The notes: a model not told the origin generated them from the letters alone. A stretch of DNA of 64,000 nt from Gemmatales bacterium (GCA_047602475.1 JASGHE010000006.1:632051-696050); one strand, 5' to 3'. Positions 19,785 through 31,563 are shown, counted from the first letter of the stretch. Translations and numbers: made by a program.

Positions 19785-20444
19785 TCAATCATTGGGTGTT
19801 CGTAGTTTTTCAATCACCACAGCTTCGATCTGACGTATTCGCTCTCTGGTAACTCCCAAAGAGTCTCCAATTGTCAGAAGTTTTTCGCCTAACAACCGCC
19901 GATGAAATACCTCTTTCTCTCGAGGTGAAAGATTCTCTAGCCTCTCTATCAACCCGGCGTATTCTTCAGCCTGCTCCAGGTACGAATCAGGCTTTGCTTC
20001 TCTTGACGTCAATGATTCGCGAAAAGTCAGCTTCGTGTTCTCGTTGTCGTATTCAAGGGGAAAGACCTTTAACCAGTCATTTGTCTGCTGAGGAAGATCA
20101 CTAATAACCTCCTTCTTTCTTTTCTTATAGATGTGCTCGGGTACTCTGATTAGCCGACGTTTCATTTTGAAAACGTGAAGAGAGTCCCTGATCCAATAGA
20201 TGGCGTACGTGGAAAAGCGAACATTGCGTTTTGAATCGAACTTCACATATTTTTCGCACAGGACTGAGATGATAAACTGAACCGCATCCTCGCGATCGGC
20301 TTGTGAATAGCGCATTTGCTTCGAGACCATCCACCGAACAGTAGGATAAAGGTTCATTATTACTTTGTTTCGAGCGTGATGATCCCCTGTATCCGCAGCT
20401 TCAACAAGTTGACGTTCTTCAGCAAAAGTCAGCGGCTGATTCAT
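19785..20444 (-). CDS. Short sigma-70 family factor (RpoD/RpoH-like regions 2 and 4)
   Basis: KFDSKRNVRFSTYAIYWIR and LGVTRERIRQIE. Confidence 0.85.
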   Translation of the reverse strand: MNQPLTFAEERQLVEAADTGDHHARNKVIMNLYPTVRWMVSKQMRYSQADREDAVQFIISVLCEKYVKFDSKRNVRFSTYAIYWIRDSLHVFKMKRRLIRVPEHIYKKRKKEVISDLPQQTNDWLKVFPLEYDNENTKLTFRESLTSREAKPDSYLEQAEEYAGLIERLENLSPREKEVFHRRLLGEKLLTIGDSLGVTRERIRQIEAVVIEKLRTPND

Positions 20445-21006
20445 CCATCTGCCTCCTAAGATCAAAAAGCTCGTGAGGGGGAGCAGATTTTGCGCCCAGG
20501 AAGGGTAATCTCTGCATTACCATGTGTCATTCCGCGAAGGACCGTTATTGCTGTTAGAGATGAGCAAGCATGCACTCACGATTAGGAAGCAAACTTATCA
20601 TTCGATGCGTTTGTCCGTAGTTTCCGCTAATTGTCAAATCCAACTTGCACCTCCGAGACCCCGTGAGTTTACTTTTGATTGGGCAGATAAAAACCATCGT
20701 AAGTCGATCGGAGACTGACAATGGCCTCGCTTAAGAAAGCAGATTGGTCCATCACCAGGCATCATTCCAGAATGGATGGTAAACATCTCTGGGAACAATT
20801 GAACTCGACTATTTTCACTGTGGCCGATCGGGAAGACGAATCACCTGACGGAAAGGTGCGACATCTTCTGGGCATGTACTGGTTGCACGTCAATGCATTC
20901 GGCAGCTATCAGATACTAAGTCAGACTCAATTGGAAGGCCTTTGTCTGAATCGTCTTGGATAAGAGGTTGGGAAATACATCACTCACTCGCTTAGGCACG
21001 GGAGTC

Positions 21007-21276
21007 ATGTCTAACAGCGTCACAAGACAAATGCAAATTGAAGAGTGTACAGAACGGCTGGATGGTCTCGTTTTCTTGATGTCAGCAAGGATGAACTCGA
21101 TCGATCAGGTTCATTTTCTTGCTGAAACGAACTCTTTCTCTATGAATCGCGAGGAAATCCTACATCGATTTACAAACCAGTATCCTGAACACCCATTGAT
21201 TGAGCTTTATCATCATTACGAGGATTTGCTCAGTTCGCTGAAATCGATCAAGAATGATGATCTCAAAAAAATGTAA
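21007..21276 (+). CDS. Hypothetical protein
   Basis: GGGAG RBS, 89-aa helical ORF. Confidence 0.45.
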   Translation: MSNSVTRQMQIEECTERLDGLVFLMSARMNSIDQVHFLAETNSFSMNREEILHRFTNQYPEHPLIELYHHYEDLLSSLKSIKNDDLKKM

Positions 21277-21354
21277 CGCAGCGGAAACTACGGACAGCTT
21301 GGCGTGACAAAAACCTCAAACTGGATCATTCAGAACGCCTCATGGAGAAAAGAA

Positions 21355-21606
21355 ATGCCTGCCCCACTCGATACGAAATCGGAGGAGGCACTGGATCGAC
21401 TGAACAAGGAAGGTTGGACGATACAGGTTGCGAAGAATGGCTATCTCTGGTGCATCAAAGGAACTCGATGCACTTTGATAATTGATGCTGTAGGCAGAAC
21501 GGCAGAAGAGGCTTGGAAGGAAGCTGTTCTTCAAGTGCAAATGGCACGGGAACTCGAGATCGATTTACGGAGCGGGCGGACAATACGTCCTAAGTGTGAC
21601 TGTTGA
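21355..21606 (+). CDS. Small hypothetical protein, paralog of 29042-29266
   Basis: GGAG RBS; shares the LxxxGWx...W...G...AWxxAVxQ pattern. Confidence 0.6.
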   Translation: MPAPLDTKSEEALDRLNKEGWTIQVAKNGYLWCIKGTRCTLIIDAVGRTAEEAWKEAVLQVQMARELEIDLRSGRTIRPKCDC

Positions 21607-21764
21607 GATGTTGTTTACTTTCGACCGGCCAATAACTGGATGTCTTCCGACGTTCTGGTAGCAGTGCCTATTGAAGAAACACCTATGGAAGCGGTGTCAA
21701 GTGTGTTTCCATTGTTTACACTGAACCACGGACACATCAAGAAGATCGAGGGGGAGCAGACACA

Positions 21765-24613
21765 ATGAACAACATTGAAAAAAATGATCGCCCCGACAAA
21801 AGTGAAGAAGGTCTACCAGGGTTTTCTCCTGACTTTATCGAAGAACTTGAAGAATTAGACAATATCATCCCCACCCGTGGTTACCAGATGACCCCCATGG
21901 TGGGGCTGGGAGGATCGGCTGGAAGTATTTCAGCTTTGGAGCAGTTCTTCCGGGCCATGCCGCCTGATAGTGGAATGATCTTTGTGGTGATTCTCCACCT
22001 ATCGCCAACTCACGAATCAACGATGGCGGAACTCTTAAGCCGCTCAACTAAAATGCCGGTAATCCAGGCGGTAGATGGCCAGGACGTAAAGACCAATCAT
22101 GTTTATGTCATTCCTCCAGGAAAGTACCTGACTACAGTCAACGGCCATCTGAAACTGGTGGAGCTCAAGAGTGACCGAGGCAAGAGAGTTGCTGTTGATT
22201 TATTCTTTCGATCGCTGGCTGATACGCATGGGCCCCATGCGGCAGCGGTTGTTCTTTCGGGAGCGGATGGCGATGGTGCCATCGGAATTAAGCGGATCAA
22301 AGAACGTGGTGGGTTGACGATTGCCCAGGATCCAGAGGAAGCAGAACATGCCGGCATGCCCAGGGCTTCCATCGGCACCGGCATGGTCGATTGGGTGTTG
22401 AAAGTCGCGGAGATTCCCAAACGACTTCTGGAATATCAGAGCAATGAAGCACGTGTAAAACTGCCTCCAGAAGATGGTCCTGTTCCGATCCCCGTCCCCA
22501 TTTCCTCTGCTGACGATGGTGAAGCAGCGCTGCGTGATGTGTTGGTATTCTTACGGACAAGGACCGGGTGCGATTTCTCCTACTACAAGCGGGCAACCAT
22601 CGTCCGCCGCATTGCCAGGCGAATGCAGGTAAACAGTGTAGACGATGTTCCTTCGTATTTATCATTCCTGCGAACGCATCCTGGCGAATCAGGTGCACTG
22701 CTTCAAGATTTATTAATCTCAGTCACCAACTTCTTTCGTGACCGTGAAGCATTCACCGCTCTGGAAAAGCACATACCAGAGCTCTTCAAAAACAAATCAT
22801 CCAACGAGATGATACGAGTGTGGGTGCCGGCGTGTGCTACTGGCGAAGAAGCCTATTCACTGGCCATGTTATTACTGGAACATGCCCAGCAATTGGACTC
22901 ACCACCCACTCTTCAGGTATTTGCCTGCGACCTGGATGAAGGGGCTATCAAAATTGCACGTGGCGGTCATTATGCAGATGCTATTTCAGCGGACGTAAGC
23001 GAAGAGAGGTTACGGCGGTTTTTTGTCAAAGATCATAGTGGATATCGCATCCGCCGCGAGTTGCGAGAGATGGTGCTTTTTGCCACGCACGATCTTCTCA
23101 AAGACCCGCCTTTTTCTCGAATGGATCTGATCTCATGCCGCAATCTACTCATTTACCTGAATCGAGATGCCCAAGAACGGGTCTTTGATACCTTTCATTT
23201 TTCACTGAAGACTGATGGCCTGCTTTTCCTGGGGACCTCAGAATCTGTTGAAGATGGTAACAGACAGTTTCGCGTTGTTGATAAGAAACATCGTATTTAC
23301 ATCCGGCATGGAAGTCCCAGGCCGGGTTTGCCTATTCCCACGGGATCCTCAGCTCTGTTGCGTGTAATCGATGCGCAGGAGCGAACCCAAATCGAACCAG
23401 TTGTGCATGGCAGGAGATTCATTCCAGAATCGATTCCATTGGCTCATAGTAATTTTCGACCTCAATTAGATCGCAACTCACTAGCTGATTTGCATCTCAA
23501 GTTAATTGAGAGATTCGCGCAACCATCGGTGATCGTCAATGCTGAGCATGATTTAGTACACATTTCGGAACATGCTGGGCAGTTCCTGCAATTTGGAGGA
23601 GGTGAGCCTACCACCAATTTATTGCGGGTGGTGCATCCTCATCTGCGTGTGGAACTCCGAACCGCACTCTTCAGGGCAACTGAGATCAACGAAGTAGTTG
23701 ATTCCTTGGGCATTCAAGCAGAGATTGAAGGCCAACCATGTACTATCGATCTCCATGTCTCTCCAGCGCATGAAATCGCACCCGGGTTACTACTGGTAGT
23801 TTTCGAGAAACGCACAGCTCATTCAGAGCCGGAAGGCACCGGCAAGCCGAATCAGCCTACTACGCCTGAACCGGCAGTGCGGCACTTGGAAAGAGAATTA
23901 GAACAAGTGAAAGGCCGGCTTCGCGACACCATCGAACAATACGAAGCGTCAACTGAGGAACTCAAAGCAAGTAATGAAGAACTCCAGGCTATGAATGAGG
24001 AGTTGCGATCAGCTACAGAAGAACTGGAAACCAGCCGTGAAGAACTGCAATCAATCAATGAAGAACTGACCACAGTGAATCAGGAAATGAAAGGCAAGAT
24101 GGATGAAATTGCTCATGCTAACTCTGACCTTCAGAATCTGATGGCTTCGACATCAATAGCAACGGTGTTCCTGGATAGGGACTTATCGATCATGCGGTAT
24201 ACGCCCAGCGCGGTAGATTTGTTCCACCTGATTCCAGGAGATTTAGGCAGGCCCTTAGCTCATTTGAAGCATCGTCTCAGCTATCCGGAACTGATCAGCG
24301 ATGCCGAACAAGTACTACGGAAACTGGTTCCCTTGGAACGAGAAGTGCAAGGAGAAGATGATTGGTTTCTGGCTCGGTTGCAACCGTACCGCACCATTGA
24401 AGACCATATTGCCGGCGTTGTGCTGACTTTCGTCAACGTAACTGACCGAAGGAAGGCGACAGAGGCTTTGCATGAGCAATTAGCTGAGCTAGAGAGGTTC
24501 AATAAAGCGGCCGTAGGTCGTGAAACGAGGATGATTGAACTGAAAAAGGAAATCAATGAGCTTTGTGAAAAGGCGAACTGCCTGCCAAGTACAAGCTTGA
24601 TGACATGGAATAG
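21765..24613 (+). CDS. CheB methylesterase-CheR methyltransferase-PAS fusion
   Basis: CheB GGSAG/VILH/GDG; CheR VTNFFRD, CATGEEAYS, CRNLLIY; EELQS coiled coil and PAS. True stop is probably TAG at 24611-24613 after a 1-bp indel near 24578. Confidence 0.9.
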
Positions 24614-24625
24614 GGAGTTTTCCCA

Positions 24626-26032
24626 ATGCAGACCGGAGTGGAGAAATCGGAAAATGGCAGGCCGAACTCAACTCCATTGCTGAGTCAGCAACAGTTTCAT
24701 CCATCCAATGAAGAACTGAAAAGCGAAGTTCATCGCCAGTCTGAAATCATTGCACAGCTTAAGGAGCAGCTTGCCGAGGTAAGAAAAGGAAGCTCCTGGG
24801 AGCGGCAGGGCCGGCAGGCGGCACTCAATTTGATGGAAGATGCAATTACTGCACGCAAGCAGGCACAGTTAGAAGTCAACGTAAGGAAAGCAGCAGAAGA
24901 AGCCCTTCGAGAAGCTGACCGACGGAAGGATGAGTTCCTGGCTACTCTGGCTCATGAGTTGCGTAATCCGCTTGCTCCTATTAGCAATTCCCTCCACATA
25001 TTGCGCGAAAGCATGGGAAGAGAATCGAATCTTACCCGCATGTTCGCCATGCTGGAACGACAAGTCAATCACATGGTACGGCTGGTGAACGATTTGATGG
25101 AAGTCTCCCGCATTACCCGTGGGGTTATTGAATTAGAGATGGCACCTACCAATCTGGCAGCCATCGTTCAAAATGCGGTTGAATTGAGCCGCCCTCAAAT
25201 AGAAGCGGGCCATCATGAGCTAACTGTATCTGTTCCGCAAGAACCCATTTATCTGCATGCGGATATAGTCCGTGTAAGTCAGGCACTGGCGAACTTGCTC
25301 AATAACGCGGCAAAATATACTGACGACAATGGAACGATCTGTTTGAGCGCACAACTTGAAGGTAATGAAATTCTTGTCGCTGTTCGTGACTCAGGAATCG
25401 GCTTAGCAGACTCGATGCTCGATAAGATTTTTGACATGTTCACGCAGGCAGAACCAAACACTCGGCGTGGAAAAGGTGGATTAGGTATCGGACTGACACT
25501 TGTTAAAAAAATCATTGAAATGCACAAAGGTAGCATTCACGCCAGTAGTGAAGGAATCGGACTTGGCAGCCTGTTCTCCATTCGACTACCTTTGGATGAA
25601 GCTCTACAGAAGGCTACTGATCATGTCTCTAATCCGATTGCATCATCAGCCAAAGTTACTCAACACCGTGTACTGGTGGTAGACGACAATGTTGATGCCG
25701 CAGTTAGCCTGGGAATGCTGCTTCGATTACTAGGAATGGACGTGGAAGTTGCTCATGAGGGACAAAAAGCCCTTTTGGTCATGCATAACTATCTTCCTGA
25801 TGTCGTATTTCTGGATATCGGCATGCACGGAATGGATGGATACGAAGTTGCCAGGAGTATTCGTAAAGAAAGTGTCTATGACGATGTGACCCTTATTGCG
25901 TTGACTGGATGGGGACAGGCAGAGGATCGAGATAGAACGCATAAGGCAGGTTTCAATCATCATCTTGTTAAGCCGGGAGACATCGAATCGCTTAAGTCAG
26001 TGCTCTCGTTCAAAACTAAGACGACGTCATGA
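24626..26032 (+). CDS. Hybrid sensor histidine kinase-receiver
   Basis: H box LAHELRNPL, N box NAAKY, DSGIG, GLGIGL; receiver VVDD/LDIG/VKP. Confidence 0.93.
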   Translation: MQTGVEKSENGRPNSTPLLSQQQFHPSNEELKSEVHRQSEIIAQLKEQLAEVRKGSSWERQGRQAALNLMEDAITARKQAQLEVNVRKAAEEALREADRRKDEFLATLAHELRNPLAPISNSLHILRESMGRESNLTRMFAMLERQVNHMVRLVNDLMEVSRITRGVIELEMAPTNLAAIVQNAVELSRPQIEAGHHELTVSVPQEPIYLHADIVRVSQALANLLNNAAKYTDDNGTICLSAQLEGNEILVAVRDSGIGLADSMLDKIFDMFTQAEPNTRRGKGGLGIGLTLVKKIIEMHKGSIHASSEGIGLGSLFSIRLPLDEALQKATDHVSNPIASSAKVTQHRVLVVDDNVDAAVSLGMLLRLLGMDVEVAHEGQKALLVMHNYLPDVVFLDIGMHGMDGYEVARSIRKESVYDDVTLIALTGWGQAEDRDRTHKAGFNHHLVKPGDIESLKSVLSFKTKTTS

Positions 26033-26119
26033 TCAGAGGATATTAGAAATGTTGTCCTTGCAAACAACTATTGACTATTTCAGCTGTTCAGGTGGGGTCA
26101 TCAGCTTGGAAATGAACAC

Positions 26120-27195
26120 ATGAATAGTGCAGCAGATCAGTCACATGGCATGAAAACTCCGAGCAGTTCTGAACCTTTGGTTGGGGACTTACTCCGAAAT
26201 ATCAAAGTCGTCAGACAAGATCTCGATAATGCCCTGAATGACAATGGTGAATTGATATTCCTATTGGAGCAAAGCCGCTCCGGGATGGTAGCGTATCGTC
26301 GCTCCTGGCGAGCTATGCTCAATCTCATGGAAGACGCGGTTGAAGCCCGCAACAAAGTAGAGGCTGTGAATGAATCGCTTAACCAGTCTAAGAAGGAATT
26401 GGAAACCCGTGTCAGGGATCGCACGGCTGAACTGACATCCGCCCTGGCTGAATTGAAACGGGAAGCGGCTGAACGAATAGAGCTCACCAGGAAATTGGTT
26501 TCCGTTCAAGAAGACGAACGAAGCCGCACGGCACGTGACTTACATGACCAAACATCGCAATTACTGGCTGGACTTTCCCTCGTTCTGAAATCAGTTATGG
26601 GTGAAGGTAATCTGTCAGAAACATCCATGCAAAAGCTGCTGTACGTCAAAAGCATCACGGATGAACTCGCTCGGCAGGTTCACTCACTAGCGGTGCGTTT
26701 GCGACCGACCGCGTTGGATGACTTTGGATGGAGACCTGCCTTAGACCAGCTTATCAGTGAATGGAAGCCTCATGTCGGATTCCACATCGACTTTCAGACG
26801 ATAGGCCACGTTCCCGAGCGTTTCTCCAGGGAAACAGACACCGTTATTTATCGAGTGGTACAGGAAGCTCTTACCAACATCGCCAAACATGCACACGCCA
26901 AACAGGTGAATGTGATCATGAGTGCCAATGAGCAGGAAGTCAAAGTTTGTATTGAAGATGATGGAATTGGATTCGACAGATCAATGACATCTCCCTCGAA
27001 CCTTGGACTGAAAGGAATGCACGAACGTGTTTTGCTGGCTGGGGGAAATTTGGAAATTAACTCGCAATCAGGCATGGGAAGTGCGGTAATAGCTATTCTC
27101 CCGCTCAATGAGCGAGTTGATCACAATGCAAAAAGTCCGACTGTTCCTGTCGACGACCATCCCGTGATGCGAAGCGGGCTACGGCTATTGCTTGA
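26120..27195 (+). CDS. NarX-type (HisKA_3) histidine kinase
   Basis: ARDLHD, QEALTN, DDGIG, LGLKGM. End is approximate because an indel near 27149 fuses it to the regulator. Confidence 0.8.
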
Positions 27196-27760
27196 TACTC
27201 AGTCGGATATGGAAGTAGTAGGTGATACTGATAATGGAAAGGAAGCTGTCCAGCAAGTCGCCGACACTTCTCCTGATGTTGTGATCATGGATGTTTCTCT
27301 GCCAGGTCTTAATGGAATCGATGCGACCAAAAACATACATCAGGCATCGCCGGCTATCAAAATCTTAGCTTTGACTGCTTATGAAGATCGAGGATATTAC
27401 CAGCAGATGCGAAAGGCAGGAGCAAGTGGCTTTGTGCTCAAACGTTCGGCAGCGGACGACCTGGTGGATGCAGTGCGGCAAGTAGCGAGAGGAGAAACCT
27501 ATGTGGACCCTGCTCTGTTTCAATCAGAACAACACCTGAGAGATAGCACAGAGACGACTGAATTGCTTAGTAAACGTGAACTGGAAGTGTTGAAACGGAT
27601 TGCCTTGGGCGAAGCTGTCAAGAATGTGGCAGTTGCCTTGGAACTCGGAATGAGGACGGTGGAGACTTACAAAGCAAGAGCTATGGAGAAGTTGGGGCTG
27701 AACAATCGTGCGGATTTGATCCGCTTCGCTCAGCAGAATGGGTGGTTCAGCCAGTCGTAA
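27126..27760 (+). CDS. NarL/LuxR-family response regulator
   Basis: ATG at 27126 gives MQKVRLFL-VDDH if one G is restored near 27149. Receiver domain plus LSKRELEVL...TVETY HTH. Confidence 0.8.
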
Positions 27761-27815
27761 ATAAGATGATTATTCTGGCCTCTGCTTTCATTCGGTGGGG
27801 ATAAACGAATCAGCC

Positions 27816-28004
27816 ATGAGCACACAAGACTTCAAAGACTATATGGACCTCACGAGGCAGGCATGCAACGCTGTGGAGGAGGCGACGAATGCACTAAAAC
27901 GGGGAGATAAGGACGGATACATCATTCTGATTCGAAAAGCCTCACTTTACGGATTCGAGGCTCAGGCGATATTGGATGAACTCAATGCAGCCCATAAGGT
28001 CTAA
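27816..28004 (+). CDS. Small helical hypothetical protein
   Basis: 62-aa ORF co-oriented between the signalling genes. Confidence 0.45.
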   Translation: MSTQDFKDYMDLTRQACNAVEEATNALKRGDKDGYIILIRKASLYGFEAQAILDELNAAHKV

Positions 28005-28022
28005 TATTTGGAGTGCGGCAAC

Positions 28023-28400
28023 ATGAGGATCGCCATTGCAGACGATAACAAAGACCACGCCTACTCACTGGCGACTTTGATACGAGAATGGGGGCATGAT
28101 GCTCACGTGTTTCTTGATGCCCATGCTACGTTAACTTTCTGCGAGCGACATTCGCCCGATGTTCTGCTGCTAGATGTTGGCTTTCCGCTTCGAACAGACG
28201 GCTTAGCAGCGGCAAAGAAAGCCCGGATGTTACTGCAACCCGATCCAGTTACGATCATTGCCATTACTGGTTTCGATGATGAGGCGACGCGGACTCAAGC
28301 CAAAGACGCAGGCTTCGATCATTTCCTGGTTAAACCCATCGATTTGGACAAGTTACGATCTCTTCTTACTGAAGCACAGTCAACGCCACAAACAGCGTAG
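28023..28400 (+). CDS. Single-domain response regulator
   Basis: IADD, LLDVG, AITG, FLVKP. Confidence 0.9.
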   Translation: MRIAIADDNKDHAYSLATLIREWGHDAHVFLDAHATLTFCERHSPDVLLLDVGFPLRTDGLAAAKKARMLLQPDPVTIIAITGFDDEATRTQAKDAGFDHFLVKPIDLDKLRSLLTEAQSTPQTA

Positions 28401-29041
28401 CTGGCTACGTATTGGCGCGTAGTAACAGACTTTACAAGGGGAACGAAGGCACAACCTCATTCGCAAAAGTATTCCTCGTCAAACAAAAAAACATTATCAG
28501 GACTGGATTGAAGCGCTTTGATAGCCTTTCGTACAGACTCCGCTTTCGAGCAATGTGACCCATTTTTGCCAAGGTCTGCCCGGCGTTGAGCGTTGTATGC
28601 GATTCGTAAACGTGATTGGCAGAGTCCGCCCTCAGGGATGTGCCTGAGGTCTTCCGCGACACTCCTCGCAATGCTCATGTATGCTGCAATCATGATGTGT
28701 CCTCGATAGATGTGTAAATACGGTAGCAGTACCCAAGTGTGATCCAAAAGGAATATGGAAGGATGGCGGGAACACCGGACAATAAAGAACACAAGCCCGG
28801 CATTGCTACCGGGCTTGCTTGGCTAATCCGCCCGTTGCCTGTCGTCAGCCATCGACAGCGCAGTCGTCAAGTTCTCAATACTTCACATCCAGCACAGGCG
28901 GCTCACTGCCGGAATGGCCGAAATGGACAAACAGCCGGCACCGGGGCCTATGATTTGTCTATTCTATTCAGCCTTCTGGTGTGTCCGGGATATCCGCCGA
29001 TTGCAAATCGGGTGATTATGTAGTTGTGCACTTCAATTAAC

Positions 29042-29266
29042 ATGTTCCAGATGCTGCCATTCACCTTTGAACTTGATGATCTGGTTACGGAACTCACTGA
29101 AAGAGGTTGGTCAGTAGGTGATGTCGAGATAGGTCGTGTATGGTTAGTAATGGGACACAAAGACGAGCTAATGATTCGTGTCGAAGGTTTTTCCCGGCAA
29201 GCGGCTTGGGAGACAGCTGTAGGCCAGACGAGAATAATAGAGGCAGTGAAAATGATGGGGAACTGA
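29042..29266 (+). CDS. Small hypothetical protein, paralog of 21355-21606
   Basis: LTERGWSVG...VWLVMG...EGFSRQAAWETAVGQ. Confidence 0.6.
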   Translation: MFQMLPFTFELDDLVTELTERGWSVGDVEIGRVWLVMGHKDELMIRVEGFSRQAAWETAVGQTRIIEAVKMMGN

Positions 29267-29563
29267 ACAACACAAAGCACGATCCGAGCGAGCCGTGCTT
29301 GTGAAAAAGTTGTGGGCGTCACGCTTCGCATAGCGTCGAATCAATGAGCATTGTAAGTTCAAGTATTGAGAGGCTATTTGCCTACGATACTACATCAACT
29401 AATGCTACATCAACTAAAGATTTGGATTTGGACCCCGGCTTCGGGCCTGCGTCAACTGCGAGATTAGGTGCCATCACCTCACTATATATCCAGAAATGGT
29501 TGATCAAAAGAAACGCTGGCATCGTCCAGCGATACCAGCACTAGTTTCAATCTGAGATACTGA

Positions 29564-30988
29564 TCACTTCTTATTAGGCGGCGAACCTCCATGAGGGAGA
29601 GCATGCTGCTGAGGTTGCGGATGCACTGGGCGTTGAGGTGGCGCCATGTTCCCCGTAGGTGGTCGATAAATATGCTCCGATTTAGGCATTTCGTAGCGTC
29701 GGGTTACCTCAGCAGGAGGTGTTACTGTTTTTGCAGTTTCCTGCTTACCAGCGACCTTTCCTGCATTATTGTCGGGAGAATACAGGCTCGTCCTATTGCG
29801 ACCTTCGTTCTGACTGCGTTGAGTTCTAACTTGATTGAAGGGATCAGTAATAGGTTTGTCGGTGGGCACAGTATGACGTTCAAGTTTGAACTGCTCCCCC
29901 TTCCATTCGTTGAGAGAAATCAGTGCTTGTTCTTTTGAGTTACTTGCTGTTCCTGCCCCAGGCTGAGTCAGTGTGCGAGCTGGTCTGGTAGAAGCGTTAT
30001 CTCGGCGTGCAGTGAAAGTGTTTTGAATATTCCGTTCCCAATTTGGTTCATTTCGGTGTTGCCAACGATAGTACGTGAACAGTGGGTCGTAGTAGCGATT
30101 GTGGGTGCGGTAGTTGGCCCACGGCGTATAACCCTGGCGGGCATAGCGGCCATCATAATAGTCCCCGAAATAGTAATGATGCCAGCCGGTGTTGATGAAT
30201 AGTGAACCAAGAAGGAAATCCGTTCCAATCACATAGCTCGGCCTGTAATACCAACCGGGCCGTTGAATGATACCGGAATTGAAATACACCGGAGCGAAAG
30301 CAATGCCTCGATAGCCAAGGTCATAATCCCAGTAACCATCGACAAACGCATAGCCACCCGGCGTCCAGCGATAGGAAGCAGGAGTCCACATCCAGTTTGG
30401 TCGCAAGGCCATACGGAAGCCCGGCCGCCACCAATAGCGATTATCTCGATAGACCCAAATGCCCGGCACATAGGTCTGTTCATTGTTTTCTAACTCGGGA
30501 ATAGCTTCTTCGATGGGGTCGGGAGGTGTAGGATACAGATTGACTTGCGCTTCGCCCTGATCCATCCAATATCCGGAGATCCAGCGATAGCCTGCATCTG
30601 CTTCGGTCCAGTATCCCGGCATCCAGCGTTTTTCCGGCGGGATGTTTCTCCAGGTGCCACTGACCCAGAGATAGTCAGTGCGGTCGTCATCCCACATCCA
30701 ATAACCTGGAATCCATTGAACATTTTCACCCTGTGGCTTTTGGTCGGGAGGGAGCTCGTTCACAGCTTCGGGTGGCTTCTTTTTAACGATCGGGTTAGGT
30801 GTCTGCTTTTCCAAAGCCGGCGATGCGTAAGCTTCATGAATCTGACCACGGGCTTGCACTTCTACGCCTTCTTCAGTTTTTGCTTGGTTGCCCTGCTGTT
30901 GACCATTTTGCGTCATCGCCAACAAGGACGGTGTGAATGCCGCTGCCAGCAAGAGAAGCTTTGCTGCCATCCTAATCGAGGTGTGCAT
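29564..30988 (-). CDS. YXWGXW-repeat secreted protein
   Basis: Signal peptide, RGQIHEAYA, repeated WIPGYW/WVSGTW/WMPGYW/WISGYW/FVDGYW. Confidence 0.9.
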   Translation of the reverse strand: MHTSIRMAAKLLLLAAAFTPSLLAMTQNGQQQGNQAKTEEGVEVQARGQIHEAYASPALEKQTPNPIVKKKPPEAVNELPPDQKPQGENVQWIPGYWMWDDDRTDYLWVSGTWRNIPPEKRWMPGYWTEADAGYRWISGYWMDQGEAQVNLYPTPPDPIEEAIPELENNEQTYVPGIWVYRDNRYWWRPGFRMALRPNWMWTPASYRWTPGGYAFVDGYWDYDLGYRGIAFAPVYFNSGIIQRPGWYYRPSYVIGTDFLLGSLFINTGWHHYYFGDYYDGRYARQGYTPWANYRTHNRYYDPLFTYYRWQHRNEPNWERNIQNTFTARRDNASTRPARTLTQPGAGTASNSKEQALISLNEWKGEQFKLERHTVPTDKPITDPFNQVRTQRSQNEGRNRTSLYSPDNNAGKVAGKQETAKTVTPPAEVTRRYEMPKSEHIYRPPTGNMAPPQRPVHPQPQQHALPHGGSPPNKK

Positions 30989-31263
30989 CTGTAACTCCAC
31001 TCAAAATTGCCTGGTGCAAGGAAGGTTATCGGGGAATGGTTTGGAGCGGCAGCCTAGTGCCGATGTTTGAAAAACTGAATAGCCCGCTCATGTTTCTCCG
31101 CTGCTGCGCGTGTAGCAAAGGTTCCAAGGTTTTTGCGTTTACCTGTCTTGCTGTCTGCCTTTCGCGAATAGATGCGAAATTGACGAGACTTAAGCTTACG
31201 AATCATCGGATTCTCCTCGTCGATCAGTTGTGATAAGCAAGCAACATTGCAAATGTTGCACCG

Positions 31264-31410
31264 TTAGCGGGCAGAAATTGTTAGCCCGTACTCCCTCATG
31301 AGGGATATGCCAACGGCAAGCAATGTGCCGCCGATAATTATCGCCCACATTACCCTTTCGATGAACCTGGCGGTGGGGTCGGGCTTGGTGAAATGAAGTT
31401 GCCGGTGCAT
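31264..31410 (-). CDS. 48-aa single-pass membrane peptide
   Basis: Not in ORF track. MHRQLHFTKPDPTARFIERVMWAIIIGGTLLAVGISLMREYGLTISAR*. Confidence 0.55.
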   Translation of the reverse strand: MHRQLHFTKPDPTARFIERVMWAIIIGGTLLAVGISLMREYGLTISAR

Positions 31411-31422
31411 GGTTGTTCCCTG

Positions 31423-31545
31423 CTAAGACAAGTGCGGCATGATCATGGCAATGATCAGCATTGCGTAGATGATGATCGAGAACCAGAATGAGAACTTCGC
31501 CAGGGCTATGCCCGCTTCTGATCGGCTGAGAGTGTGACCGTACAT
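31423..31545 (-). CDS. 40-aa single-pass membrane peptide
   Basis: Not in ORF track. GGGAGAG RBS, MYGHTLSRSEAGIALAKFSFWFSIIIYAMLIIAMIMPHLS*. Confidence 0.55.
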   Translation of the reverse strand: MYGHTLSRSEAGIALAKFSFWFSIIIYAMLIIAMIMPHLS

Positions 31546-31563
31546 GATGACTCTCTCTCCCTT

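Noticed and set aside
26120-27760. Novel HisKA_3-REC-LuxR one-component fusion
   Set aside because: An out-of-frame ATG at 27126 gives a normal MQKVRLFL-VDDH start when one G is restored, so the fusion is most likely an indel artefact.
29390-29417. Short tandem repeat CTACATCAACTAA x2
   Set aside because: Only two copies and no associated gene or pattern; too weak to interpret.
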